A stretch of DNA of 64,000 nt, from contig JBEIPA010000003.1 of the NCBI GenBank assembly GCA_040377305.1, positions 32,001-96,000 on the forward strand, given 5' to 3'. The notes below the pieces were generated by a model. The model searched no databases. It worked only from the letters and a program-made list of their open reading frames with translations, and had not been told where the DNA came from. A program made the translations under genes and the position numbers. The DNA is from Flavobacteriales bacterium. GTDB taxonomy: Bacteria > Bacteroidota > Bacteroidia > Palsa-965. Shown in pieces: positions 17,829 to 28,565 of this stretch; the first letter of the stretch is position 1, and the number at the start of each line of letters is the position of its first letter.

Positions 17829-20800
17829 CTAATTATACACTTCCGGAATAACATCCACCCACATCCCCATCTTCCGCGCATTCACAGCATTGTCATACAT
17901 CGCTTCGCAATACACTGCCGGTAAATAGAAGTGTCCGGTGTACGTGGCGTGAAGCTGTACGCGATAAGTGCGAGATGAATTCTGTCCGATGTAGAAGTAG
18001 GTGAGTGCACGATCATCGCGAATGTCGCGGTAGTCGAAGTAATCTGATTTCGCCATCGGTTCTCCCGGACCAGCCATCATACGCTCGTTGCGCACTTCCC
18101 AACCCGAAGGGAAAATTTGTGTGAGCGCCATCTCGCGATACTCTCCGCGCAAACCGGGATTGCTGATTACAACTTCTGCAATGAAGTCGGTTCCCTGCGT
18201 GATTTGTTTCGGATCGAGATCCAATCCATTCATGCTGAAGTAACGAACATTCATGAGCAGGTTCGATTGTGCATCTTTTTCATTTCCTGCTTCAGGCACA
18301 CCAGCGAGAACAACGCGAACGTAAAGAATTCCTTTTCCGTTGTTCTTCACAGTAACTTTTCCAGGGTTTATTCCTTTCACATTCATGTCGGTTTGTGAAA
18401 CAGGATCTTTGATGTCAATCGTTCCGCTCTTGCCGTCGATGGTGTATTCTGCCTGAACACCTTTTTGTCCGGGATCTCCAGAAGAGAACTTGCACAACGC
18501 AAGCAACGTGTACGCAGTGGCTTGTGTGTTCATGTAGTAGTACGTGCGGTTCATGCGATCTGAAAGTGCTTTCGCAACCGGCGCACCCATTGTGCGATAC
18601 GTTCCGCCCATGAGACTGAGTGTTTCGAGAATCATGGCTTCATCGCGATCACCGCTACCGTAGGAGTAGGAATATTCGGTGTACGGTGAAATGGTTGTAG
18701 ATAGTCCCGTTACGATCTGTTTCGCAATTTCCGGTTGACCTGCGAGGTGATATGCAGCTGCCAGTCTCCACTTTGCCTGAAGCGTAAGTGTTTTTACTTC
18801 ACGCAAGCGATTCATCGCACCAAGTTCAGGAGCTTTCGCAAGCGCAAGTGTGTACAAGCGATACGCCTGAATCAAATCATCGTTGCGGTAGTAGAAACGA
18901 TCGTAACGTGGAGACCAATTCATCGCTTGTTCTTTCTGGAACGATTTCCAATCTGCCATCACACCACCGGGAAGTGTATAGCCTTTCGCTTCGGCTTCGA
19001 GCAGGAAATGACCAGCGTAGTTCGAGCCCCATTCGCTCGGGTATTGATCGCCTGGCCAGTATGCAAATCCTCCCGAAGAAGTCTGGAAGTCGCGCAAATG
19101 GTTGACCGCAGCTGTTACGTTTTCTTTGACCATACCTTTCTGATTCTCGGTGAGGTCAACTACATCATCGAGATAAAGTTGCGGGAATGCAGCAGACGTC
19201 GTTTGCTCAATACATCCGTGCGGATAGCTGATCAGATACTTTAATCGTTCTCCAAGATTCAGCGGAGGAATACTACTGATCTCAAGCGTTCCGGAATTTG
19301 TTCCTAGTATTCCAACCGGAATGTAATCACTAGTCCATGTTTGACCGGGATCAACGATTGCTTCTTTCGCTTCCGTCATTCTCGGATTCGGATTGCGCAC
19401 ATCAATTTCAATTTCGTACACTGCTGTCTCACCGCCACCTTTCGCAATAATCTTCACTGTGCCAAGTCCTGCTGCCTTCGCAACATTGAGTTTGTAGGTG
19501 AGCACTTCTTCGCCGATTGCTTTGAAGTTGACAGATTTAGTTGCGCCATCAGCAATCGTGAACATTTCGTTCGTGCTTACAGTGACTGTTACGTCTTTCA
19601 CTTTTGATTCCATTGCGAAAATGTTCACTGGCAAGTCAACCGTTTCACCAGGACCAACCACGCGCGGTAATGTTCCGAGAATCATCAACGGCTTGCGAAC
19701 AGGAACTGCTTTCTCCGCATTTCCATACGCGGCATCCTGTCCGGCGATAACCATCACACGAACAGAACCAACGTACTGTGGCATCATCACCGCGTGATTC
19801 ATTTTTTGTCCGGCTTTCAATTCGAATGGCCCGAGGAATTTCACCATCGGTTTGAATCGATTCGCTTTCTGTGTGCCTTTGTCTTTTCCTTCTCCATCAC
19901 CACCAATACCGAGTACACGTTCAAGTTCTGCGCCGTAAGCACCCATGACCATGTCGTACATATCCCACGTCTTCACACCAAGTGCTTCGCGCGAGTAGAA
20001 ATTATTCCATGGATCGGGAGTTTTGAATCGGGTGAGATCCAACAATCCTTCATCGACGATCGCAAGTGTGTACGTCATTGGTTTTCCGTTCTGTTCGCTG
20101 ACAGAAACATTCGCAATAGATTCCGGAGCCCACGCAGCAGCAGTTGTAATGACCGGTTCCAGATGCGTTTTCGGATCATCGACCACGATTGGTATTACGC
20201 CATACATTCTGATCGGTGCATCGTTCACCGTTTGTGCATGCGGTTGTATCAGAGTAACACCCACGTACACGTTCGGTGACATTTCTGCCGTAATCGGAAT
20301 GGCGTAACTGAGATTTCCTTTCGCTTTCGATTCAACCCAATAGTGTCCAAGAATTCCAGCGCCGTTTTCAACAGTGATCAGTGCGCGACCTTGTCCCGGA
20401 GAAGGAATCGTAATGTTCATTGTTTCTCCAACGGTGTACGATTTCTTATCCGAACTAAACTGAAGAAGACTCGCTGCTTCGTTGTTACGCGATGAGCTTC
20501 CGTCCCAGTATGGCCAGTCGAACCAAACCACTTTTCCTGTGGAATGTCCCGCTTTGTCGGTTACACGAATAAGGTAACGACCGTATTCATCGTCTTTCAC
20601 TTTGATGTTGAATGCGCCTTTTCCTTTTGCATCGGAATTGATTACCGTGTCAAGTATTGGTTCGTAGTAGTTGCTGTTTACATAGTAAGCAAGATCGTTG
20701 TAACCAGACGACCACCACCAACGCCAGCTCATCTTGTAGACTTTCACTTGTAAGTCGTTTCGCTGTGCAACTTTGCCGGTTTCATCAACTGATTGAGTCA

Positions 20801-23438
20801 GGATCGTATAGTTGGTTCCTGTGAATAATGTACCACCCCAGCCACTTCCTTCCGGTGCGTAAACTCCAACGTAATGCGAGTATGGAGAGAATTCGCTGGT
20901 GAAGTAGTCAATGCTGAATGCACCGCTTTGTTCGAATACACGCGTGTTGAACGAGGCGTTCAGTTTTCCCGGAGCACCTTTTCCGTTGAGAGAAGGTGAG
21001 AAAGTAGCTTTACCGTTCTCGTCGAGATTTCCTTCGAAGATGGTTTGATTTTCGGTGTTGAAGTTTGAAGCCGGATCATCGAATTCATAATTGTCGAATC
21101 CTTTGAACTTCGTGTCGCTTTCGTAAAGTGAAACATCAACCTGCGCGTTTAAATTTTTCGCAGGAGCACCAACGAGCCAGTTTGAGGAGAGATTGATTTT
21201 GTCGTCCGTTTTGCTCGCGAGGCCATCCGTTCCGAAATCCATGTTGATCTTCAAACGGTTTGGCATGATGGCTTCAACTTTCAGATTTTTCGTGAAGACC
21301 GCACCACCGACTTTAACTTTCGCAGACCAATATCCGGTTGGAGCTTCTGCATCAGTTGGAGTAGGGAAGGTGTAAAATCCGTTGACAGCAGTTGACTTCA
21401 CCGTGCGACTCACGAGTTGTCCACGCGCATTGTACACTTCCATCGTCACCGGGTGATTTGGAGGAAGCACGTTCAGCTTGTCTTCAAGAATAAATCCAAG
21501 GAAAAGTGTGTCTCCCGGTCGCCACACTCCGCGCTCACCGTAAATCATTCCTTTGATTCCTTTTTGAACTTCGAGTCCGCCCACATCAAATGCGCTCACA
21601 GAAAGTGCAGAACCATCATCCAGCTTCAGATAGCCGCGTTGAGTTCCGTTTTTCGCAACGAGGAGAAATGGTTTTTTCTTTGGCAATTCAATTTCCGCCA
21701 TTCCGTTTGCATCGCTCTTGAATGTTGAGATCAACTGATTCTGGAAACTGTAGAGTTCCATCTCCACATTCGCAAGTGGCATCGTTGACTTGATATCATT
21801 CACAGCGAACAACATGGAGCCGTCGTTGCCTCGTTTTGCCATCAAACCAAGGTCAGATGCAAGTACGTTGCGTGTTATTCCGCGAGAATAGTAGTAGGCG
21901 TTCGAACATGGATCGTCTCGATCTCCATCCCAGTACCAATAGTAATCGTCGTAGTAATCACCACCATAGTATCCGTATTCTCCACCGTCAAATTCAGGAT
22001 CGAATTCTTCTTCGCTTGGTGGAACGTACGCTGTTTCTTCGTCGTTATTCGTTGTGTCTTTCGGACAATTGTACATGGAGTACTCTTTGCGGAAACTGAT
22101 GTTCACACGATAAATTGCACCGGGTTCAGTTGCAATAAGCTGCCCCAAATCGAGTGAATAAGTCGTCCAGCGTGAATAATCCGCTTTCGCTTTGATATTC
22201 AGATCAACTTTTTTCTTCAGTACTACTTTTCCAACACGATACAGTTCGTTGTTTCCATCGATATTATTTACCTGAAGAAATTGCGGAATGTTGTTTTCAT
22301 AAATGCGGATGATCTTTACGTCAACAGCATTCAGGTTCACTACCTGAAACGGGAAAAGCAAACCTTTGTCCGTGTTAGGTAGAATTACACCATTACCAAC
22401 GAGTTTAAGTTCCGGTTTGAGATCTTCGAACTGAACTTTTTGGGTTTGCTTTTTCGACAAGCCAAACCCAAGAATGTTCTTCACGCCGGGATTTACGCTC
22501 ACAGAATAACTTCCGGTTAAATGCTCAGATGGATAGACACGCACATCGTTGTCTTCAACGGTATAACGATAAGTTGAACTCGATTTTTCGATTTCAATCA
22601 ATCCATTCAGGTCCTGTTTCTCCATAATCGGGTCGGAGAATTGAACGACCACACACTGCTCTTGCCCCTGTTCAACCCGAACACCCAGTACTTTGAAATC
22701 TTTCAGCGACGAAACATCAACTTTCTTACTATCTGCAAAATCAACTCCAATTGATTTTCCGTTTACCTCGACTAAGAAACTTCCTGCTTTATCGGTTCTT
22801 GCAATCGAATCAATTGTGAATTTGTGAGTTGCATGATCGATTTCATGTTCCCAGCGAACAGGAAGTTTTTTGCCGTTCTGTGTTGCGGTGAGCACTTTCT
22901 CCAACTCAGCGTTATCAGCCGCATCCCCGGTGATAATACTGCCCTTCATTTGTTGCCAGCGAAGTGTTTTCTTGTCAATCGTTTTTGTCCCTTCCAACTG
23001 ATAATTCATCGTCTGCATCATCGTACGGAAGCTGAACTTCATGCGCTGTAGATTCTCCGGAAGATTTGCAACGAGTTTGCTCAAGGCGAAATCCACCTCG
23101 TAGGATTTATCAGAAGGTAGTCGCTTCGCCGGACGAAACTCGATCGTTCGTGTGTCGATCCAATACGTTTCTCCTTCAATCGCGGGACTGAAAGAAAAGT
23201 ATTCATCGGTTACTGCTTCGTCGATGGTGATTGCACCTGTGTACTCTTCGCTAAGCATTACACGGATGTAAGATTCATTGCTGATTACGCCCGAAGTGTA
23301 AGCTGCAACGTAACCGCTGAATGCAGGATCCACTTTTGTGATTTGGACTGCAGATTCGCTGCGGTTTGCGATGAACGGAATGGAGATCATCGTTATGACA
23401 ATCAGGACAAAGATTCCGAGAAGTACTTTTCTGGACAT
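17829..23438 (-). CDS. Bacterial alpha-2-macroglobulin
   Basis: 1869 aa; N-terminal anchor; MG2 motif ERGVWRPG; VDEGLLDLT; thioester motif YPHGCIEQ; C-terminal DIRDDR...EAMYD. Confidence 0.95.
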   Translation of the reverse strand: MSRKVLLGIFVLIVITMISIPFIANRSESAVQITKVDPAFSGYVAAYTSGVISNESYIRVMLSEEYTGAITIDEAVTDEYFSFSPAIEGETYWIDTRTIEFRPAKRLPSDKSYEVDFALSKLVANLPENLQRMKFSFRTMMQTMNYQLEGTKTIDKKTLRWQQMKGSIITGDAADNAELEKVLTATQNGKKLPVRWEHEIDHATHKFTIDSIARTDKAGSFLVEVNGKSIGVDFADSKKVDVSSLKDFKVLGVRVEQGQEQCVVVQFSDPIMEKQDLNGLIEIEKSSSTYRYTVEDNDVRVYPSEHLTGSYSVSVNPGVKNILGFGLSKKQTQKVQFEDLKPELKLVGNGVILPNTDKGLLFPFQVVNLNAVDVKIIRIYENNIPQFLQVNNIDGNNELYRVGKVVLKKKVDLNIKAKADYSRWTTYSLDLGQLIATEPGAIYRVNISFRKEYSMYNCPKDTTNNDEETAYVPPSEEEFDPEFDGGEYGYYGGDYYDDYYWYWDGDRDDPCSNAYYYSRGITRNVLASDLGLMAKRGNDGSMLFAVNDIKSTMPLANVEMELYSFQNQLISTFKSDANGMAEIELPKKKPFLLVAKNGTQRGYLKLDDGSALSVSAFDVGGLEVQKGIKGMIYGERGVWRPGDTLFLGFILEDKLNVLPPNHPVTMEVYNARGQLVSRTVKSTAVNGFYTFPTPTDAEAPTGYWSAKVKVGGAVFTKNLKVEAIMPNRLKINMDFGTDGLASKTDDKINLSSNWLVGAPAKNLNAQVDVSLYESDTKFKGFDNYEFDDPASNFNTENQTIFEGNLDENGKATFSPSLNGKGAPGKLNASFNTRVFEQSGAFSIDYFTSEFSPYSHYVGVYAPEGSGWGGTLFTGTNYTILTQSVDETGKVAQRNDLQVKVYKMSWRWWWSSGYNDLAYYVNSNYYEPILDTVINSDAKGKGAFNIKVKDDEYGRYLIRVTDKAGHSTGKVVWFDWPYWDGSSSRNNEAASLLQFSSDKKSYTVGETMNITIPSPGQGRALITVENGAGILGHYWVESKAKGNLSYAIPITAEMSPNVYVGVTLIQPHAQTVNDAPIRMYGVIPIVVDDPKTHLEPVITTAAAWAPESIANVSVSEQNGKPMTYTLAIVDEGLLDLTRFKTPDPWNNFYSREALGVKTWDMYDMVMGAYGAELERVLGIGGDGEGKDKGTQKANRFKPMVKFLGPFELKAGQKMNHAVMMPQYVGSVRVMVIAGQDAAYGNAEKAVPVRKPLMILGTLPRVVGPGETVDLPVNIFAMESKVKDVTVTVSTNEMFTIADGATKSVNFKAIGEEVLTYKLNVAKAAGLGTVKIIAKGGGETAVYEIEIDVRNPNPRMTEAKEAIVDPGQTWTSDYIPVGILGTNSGTLEISSIPPLNLGERLKYLISYPHGCIEQTTSAAFPQLYLDDVVDLTENQKGMVKENVTAAVNHLRDFQTSSGGFAYWPGDQYPSEWGSNYAGHFLLEAEAKGYTLPGGVMADWKSFQKEQAMNWSPRYDRFYYRNDDLIQAYRLYTLALAKAPELGAMNRLREVKTLTLQAKWRLAAAYHLAGQPEIAKQIVTGLSTTISPYTEYSYSYGSGDRDEAMILETLSLMGGTYRTMGAPVAKALSDRMNRTYYYMNTQATAYTLLALCKFSSGDPGQKGVQAEYTIDGKSGTIDIKDPVSQTDMNVKGINPGKVTVKNNGKGILYVRVVLAGVPEAGNEKDAQSNLLMNVRYFSMNGLDLDPKQITQGTDFIAEVVISNPGLRGEYREMALTQIFPSGWEVRNERMMAGPGEPMAKSDYFDYRDIRDDRALTYFYIGQNSSRTYRVQLHATYTGHFYLPAVYCEAMYDNAVNARKMGMWVDVIPEVYN

Positions 23439-23532
23439 GGGAGTTGGGTGTAGTTATCTAGGGTAAAATTACGATGACAAGTGATTGATCTAAGGAATCG
23501 GAATCCATATTTTTCATGCGAGGTCTGGAGAC

Positions 23533-23562
23533 TGACAACTGTGTTACTTCAAGTGACATCTG
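23533..23562. promoter_or_regulatory. LytTR-type direct repeat
   Basis: TGACAACTG-N12-TGACATCTG, with a third copy TGACAAGTG at 23475-23483, in the divergent intergenic region. Confidence 0.4.
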
Positions 23563-23744
23563 CACACTCGTCTGGAAAGTTTGCCTAATTTGATATAATA
23601 ACTGCAATTCTGCCTGTATCGTACGTGCTCAATATCCTCATACTTAATCGTTTATTAATCGACATTTTCAAGGGCTCGGTCTAATTAATGTCTTTTTCGG
23701 ATATGCATTAGTTATATTCGGGTGGCTTCAACGTAAATCACATT

Positions 23745-26700
23745 ATGCACCGAATCCCTCTCCGGGCATGTTGTTTGTTTGTACCGCTCATGTTTTTATT
23801 GATGTGCAATTTGCTAAGAGCACAATCAATTGCAAACTACGCGGCAACACGAACAACTGGAATTACTTTTTCCTCGATTATGTCGACGGGTCTTCCGTGC
23901 AATAGCTGGAGGTATAACGGCGCATTTCAGCAAGACGACAACAGAAGCAATCCGGTCGAAATTGGTTTTGATTTTTGGTATAATGGTGTGCGCTACACAG
24001 AGGTTTCCATTTCCACCAACGGTTACATTGATTTTTCTGCGTCTACCAACGATGGAGGTCCAACCGGAGCGGCTTATGGTTACGTGAACACGCAATTCAC
24101 CGCTCCCAACGGCACGCTTTTGGCAATTGCACCATTTTACGATGATCAGACAACTCAAGGAGGAAATGATCCGCTTGGAAACAGTATTCGCACGTTAACG
24201 AGTGGAGTTGCACCTAACCGGATTTTTACAGTGGAGTGGAATGACATGGCAGTTTATCAGAATACAACTCCAAGTCTGACTTACCAGGTTAAACTTTATG
24301 AATCTAATGGAATAATCGAGTTTCTGTACTCTACAATGACAACAGGGACTGCTAACTTCTCTTACAGTTGTGGTATCAATGGACCTACGATGAGTGCCAA
24401 TCCAACCCCAGCACAGTTGAAGTGTCAGCAAACTGCAAATACTGCAACGTTCAACGATGGCGAGCAGAATAACCTGAACGCAATGCCCGCTGCAAATTCG
24501 AGAATACGATTTACTCCACCTGTTCCATTAAATCCCGGTAGCGGACTCACATTTACAAATGTTCAATCTGCACAAATGCAATTGAACTGGACGAATTGGG
24601 CAACGAATGAAGTAGGATACGTTGTGTATTCATCGGTAGATGGAATTAATTGGGAATTCGAAACACAAACTGCGGCGAATGCTACCAATGCAGTTATTAC
24701 AGGATTGTTTTCAGGCAGCACTTATCAGTGGAGATTGTACGCGGTGACTGAAGGGTGTTTAAGCACTGCTGTAACCGGAACGCAGGCAACCTTACCAGGA
24801 ACTACATTTATTTCTCAGCAAAGTGGTAACTGGCAAACCGGTTCAACCTGGAATACAGGAACTGTTCCGGGTATAAACGACAATGTCATTATCAATAACA
24901 ACCACACAGTAACCATTAATCAAAATGCTGCATGTCATAATCTGACTATTGGTCAAGGTATATCAGGAACTCTTCGGGTTGGAAACAACAATACTTCACG
25001 CACGTTCAATGTGACTGGTAATGTTACGATAATGGTTGGAGCACAGTTTATCGCTAATCCACTTTCCACCTCGACGCATAATATTTTGATTACCGGAAAT
25101 CTTGCGAATGCAGGTACGCTGGACATGATGATAGATGCGAATTCCATGTGCAACGTGACTTTTAATCACGCGTATGCCAATCAGACTGTAAGCGGCTCTG
25201 GAGTCTTAACCCGGTTTAATCGCATTACTTGTGATAAGGGTGCTACGCTTGGTCGCCTGTTGGATATTACATCCACCGCTTTTGCTGCGCCTGCCGGATT
25301 TCTGACATTGGTGAATGGAACTTTCCGTTTCTCAAGTCCTTCGGCTCTAACGATTACGCCGTTTAATACGACTGCCACAATTCCGTATACAGCGCGTCTG
25401 GTAATGAATAGCGCCTCAAGCACTATGGCGTTCACCGGTGGAAATATTGATTTGTTCGGAGAACTTCGCAACAATATCGGAACAATGAACATTGGAAATG
25501 CTGCTAACAACGGTATAAGCTCTAACGGAGGATTGTTCTATATAGCAGGAGGAACTGTTAACGTCGCAGGGCGTTATGATCGTCCGAATACTACTTGTCT
25601 TTCACGTTTTACAATGACAGGAGGAACAGTAATTCTGAACACCGTAGGTTCAACTTCTACAACGGTAGCGCCTTTTCAAATGGACGTTCCCGGATCGCAG
25701 TATACACACACGGGTGGTACAATCATCATTCGTCGTGAAGGTGGAACCGGTGCGCAAAATCTTGGGTTTACATGCACGGGTGGAAACATCAACAATGCAA
25801 TTGGAGGAACACTCCAGATTGGAGATGCGTCAACGCCGGTTGGACAGATTATGTTGATCAATACAATTTCTCCTGTAGGAAATTTACGGGTGAATAGTCC
25901 CAATGCCACAGCACAACTTTCGGTTAATACGTTAACCGTTTTGGGTAATGTCACTATTTCAACAGGAGTACTGCTCGCGTCTAATCTGAATCTGAATGTT
26001 GGAGGCAACTGGGTAAATGCCGGCGGCACGTACACAGCGGGTACCAACAACACTACATTTAACGGGACTTCTCCTCAATCCATTTCACGTACAAGCGGAG
26101 CAGAAAACTTCAACAACATTTCTTTCTCGAATGCTGGAGCGAAAGTTTTATCGCAGGCGATCAATTGTCGTAACGTAACGATTAACGCGAACTCATCATT
26201 CTCTGCTGGTGCAACTGGCTTTCAAATCGCAACAATAGGCAACTGGGTGAATAACGGAACGTTCACAGCAGGCACTTCCGGCGTTGTTTTGTGTAATGGC
26301 ACAACAGCACAAACAATAGGAGGAAGCGCTGTTACGAATTTCCGTCACCTCACAATCCAGAATGCGGCAGGCGTTTCGATTACAGCAAATGAGAATTTAT
26401 TGGGAACCCTGTCCTTGAATTCAGGAATGTTCACGACAAGCGGATTTGATTTTACACTTGTCTCGAATGTAAACGGTACTGGACGTATTGGTGCAATCAC
26501 TGGTGGAAACATCACCGGAGACATTGTGCAGCAGCGATACATTTACACCGGCCCAACGAATTGGCGACAGCTTGCAGCACCGGTTGATGCACAAACATTT
26601 CAGAGCTGGAATGATGATCTGATTACATCGGGATTCCCTGGTTCTGATTATCCCAATATGGCATTCTACTCGGTTGCGTTGTACAATGAAACTGCAGCTG

Positions 26701-28565
26701 GTCCTAAAGAATTCGGATATTCTGCTCCTGCGAATGTTACAGACGCAATTAATCCTCTTCGTGGTTATTACGTGTATGTAGGCCCACTCGCGGTTACGCT
26801 TGATGTGAAAGGTCCACCAAGAAAATTCAATCAAACATTTTCTCTCAGTTATACTCCGTCTGCCGGTCCTACACAAGATGGCTGGAATATATTGTCGAAT
26901 CCATATCCTTCCGCTATTGATTGGGATGCTCCAGGATTTACTCGAACGAATACTGATCAGGTGCTGTATATCTGGAACCCAACGAACAACCAGTATGCAA
27001 CGTATGTTGGTGGCGTAGGAACGAATGGTGGAAACCGATACATTCCTTCTTCACAAGCCTTCTGGGTTCGGGCGGTAGCGCCTTCTCCGGCAGTTTCACT
27101 TACGGAAAACGTAAAAGCGAATCAGGATCCGTCGTACATGCACACTGCGCCGAATACGATTCCGTACCTGCTCAAACTTAAGCTGAGCACTTCGAATGGT
27201 ACCGATGAAACAGTTGTGCGTTTCGACGCAGGCGGTTCGGATACTTTTGACATTGGTTACGATGCTTACAAACTTGCGAGTAGCGATACGAACGCACCAT
27301 ACATTGCTTCAACTTTGGATTCGGTTGAAGATTATTCCATCAACACGATGGGAACTCTGAGTGGAGATCGTGTTGTGCCACTGAAAGTTTTCCGAACAAC
27401 GAGCGGAATATTTACAATATCCCGCGACTCTGCTACCAATATGCCAGGTAGCGTCTGCATAATACTTGAAGATTTACATACAGGAATTCTGACTTCATTC
27501 AGTTCGGGAGGATCGTACACTTATTCGCACATTGGTGGAGATACCAGCGTTCGATTCCTTTTACATTTTAGCCCTGCGTTGACGAAAGGATGCGTTGCAA
27601 GTATTTGTCCTTCGAGTGCCGATGGTAAAGCATACGCTGCAGGAATTGGTGCAGGCCCATGGGATTACACCTGGGAAGATGCGAATGGGAATCAGATTGC
27701 ACAGCACAACTCAGTGAGCGGAGCAGATACATTGTTCGGATTGTCGCCGGGAGTTTATACCGTTACAGTCGATGGCAATTTCGGAAACTGTTCACAACGT
27801 ACCGATACAATTCACGTTGAAGGTCCGCCACTGTTATATGCAGATGATTCAATAGTTCAACCTGTTTGTCCGAACGATCTCAACGGAGAAATTTACGTGT
27901 TCAACGTGAGCGGAAGATCGGGACCATACTCGTTTCAGTGGAACACCGGTGAAACAGATTCAACGATCATCGGTTTAGGAGTTGGACAGCATGAGGTTTA
28001 TATTACCGACAACATCGGTTGTACGGACACCATGAGCTATAACGTCACGAGTGTTTCGCAGCTCAATGCAGATTTCATCTTCCCAACAGATACGGTGTAT
28101 TATCCGAATCCGATTTCTCCACTGAATTACTCGAATTACTCTTCATCGTGGTTCTGGGATTTCGGTGACATGAGCGGAACAGCTACTGACGCGAATCCAT
28201 TCTACTTCTATTCGACCTGGGGAACCTACAACGTTATGCTTGTGTCGTATGACAGCGTATGTTCAGACACCGTTTGGAATACAATTGTTATGTTGAACAA
28301 TGTTGGAATTCCGGAAGTGACATCGGCTGCAGATATTCAGCTGGCAAATACTTCGCAAGGAGCCGATCTGATTCTGCATGATAATCTTTCGCCAGTTATA
28401 GAAGTTCAGATTTATTCTGCGAATGGACAGTTGGTGTACGCGTCACAGGAAGCAATCAGCGATGGCATGATTCACCTGAACATGTTGGGTTACTCAGAAG
28501 GGAACTACATCGTGCGTGTAATTGACGACGGACGTGTTTGGAGTGGAAAGCTCTTCTGGCGCTAA
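23745..28565 (+). CDS. Large T9SS-secreted adhesin-like protein (FN3, beta-helix-like repeats, SprB-like, PKD)
   Basis: Signal peptide ending RAQ; FN3-like (LNWT...GY.V...Y.WRLYAV); G/N/T-rich repeats; GWNILSNPYPSAIDW; PKD (WFWDFGD...Y...GTYNV.L); C-terminal IYS.NGQLV...G.YIV sorting-like domain. Confidence 0.85.
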   Translation: MHRIPLRACCLFVPLMFLLMCNLLRAQSIANYAATRTTGITFSSIMSTGLPCNSWRYNGAFQQDDNRSNPVEIGFDFWYNGVRYTEVSISTNGYIDFSASTNDGGPTGAAYGYVNTQFTAPNGTLLAIAPFYDDQTTQGGNDPLGNSIRTLTSGVAPNRIFTVEWNDMAVYQNTTPSLTYQVKLYESNGIIEFLYSTMTTGTANFSYSCGINGPTMSANPTPAQLKCQQTANTATFNDGEQNNLNAMPAANSRIRFTPPVPLNPGSGLTFTNVQSAQMQLNWTNWATNEVGYVVYSSVDGINWEFETQTAANATNAVITGLFSGSTYQWRLYAVTEGCLSTAVTGTQATLPGTTFISQQSGNWQTGSTWNTGTVPGINDNVIINNNHTVTINQNAACHNLTIGQGISGTLRVGNNNTSRTFNVTGNVTIMVGAQFIANPLSTSTHNILITGNLANAGTLDMMIDANSMCNVTFNHAYANQTVSGSGVLTRFNRITCDKGATLGRLLDITSTAFAAPAGFLTLVNGTFRFSSPSALTITPFNTTATIPYTARLVMNSASSTMAFTGGNIDLFGELRNNIGTMNIGNAANNGISSNGGLFYIAGGTVNVAGRYDRPNTTCLSRFTMTGGTVILNTVGSTSTTVAPFQMDVPGSQYTHTGGTIIIRREGGTGAQNLGFTCTGGNINNAIGGTLQIGDASTPVGQIMLINTISPVGNLRVNSPNATAQLSVNTLTVLGNVTISTGVLLASNLNLNVGGNWVNAGGTYTAGTNNTTFNGTSPQSISRTSGAENFNNISFSNAGAKVLSQAINCRNVTINANSSFSAGATGFQIATIGNWVNNGTFTAGTSGVVLCNGTTAQTIGGSAVTNFRHLTIQNAAGVSITANENLLGTLSLNSGMFTTSGFDFTLVSNVNGTGRIGAITGGNITGDIVQQRYIYTGPTNWRQLAAPVDAQTFQSWNDDLITSGFPGSDYPNMAFYSVALYNETAAGPKEFGYSAPANVTDAINPLRGYYVYVGPLAVTLDVKGPPRKFNQTFSLSYTPSAGPTQDGWNILSNPYPSAIDWDAPGFTRTNTDQVLYIWNPTNNQYATYVGGVGTNGGNRYIPSSQAFWVRAVAPSPAVSLTENVKANQDPSYMHTAPNTIPYLLKLKLSTSNGTDETVVRFDAGGSDTFDIGYDAYKLASSDTNAPYIASTLDSVEDYSINTMGTLSGDRVVPLKVFRTTSGIFTISRDSATNMPGSVCIILEDLHTGILTSFSSGGSYTYSHIGGDTSVRFLLHFSPALTKGCVASICPSSADGKAYAAGIGAGPWDYTWEDANGNQIAQHNSVSGADTLFGLSPGVYTVTVDGNFGNCSQRTDTIHVEGPPLLYADDSIVQPVCPNDLNGEIYVFNVSGRSGPYSFQWNTGETDSTIIGLGVGQHEVYITDNIGCTDTMSYNVTSVSQLNADFIFPTDTVYYPNPISPLNYSNYSSSWFWDFGDMSGTATDANPFYFYSTWGTYNVMLVSYDSVCSDTVWNTIVMLNNVGIPEVTSAADIQLANTSQGADLILHDNLSPVIEVQIYSANGQLVYASQEAISDGMIHLNMLGYSEGNYIVRVIDDGRVWSGKLFWR

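Larger units (their letters stand above)
16985..17830. mobile_element. Putative heptamer-IR-bounded element carrying a four-helix-bundle gene
   Basis: Left gtaaagagtagagagtaaaggggcg (from 16985) vs right cgcctctttactctctcctctttac (to 17829), 2 mismatches. Mobility is inferred only. Confidence 0.5.

Noticed and set aside
18117-23051. Many 60-170-aa antisense ORFs within long genes (here and across the window)
   Set aside because: Shadow ORFs opposite well-supported genes, with no independent motifs.
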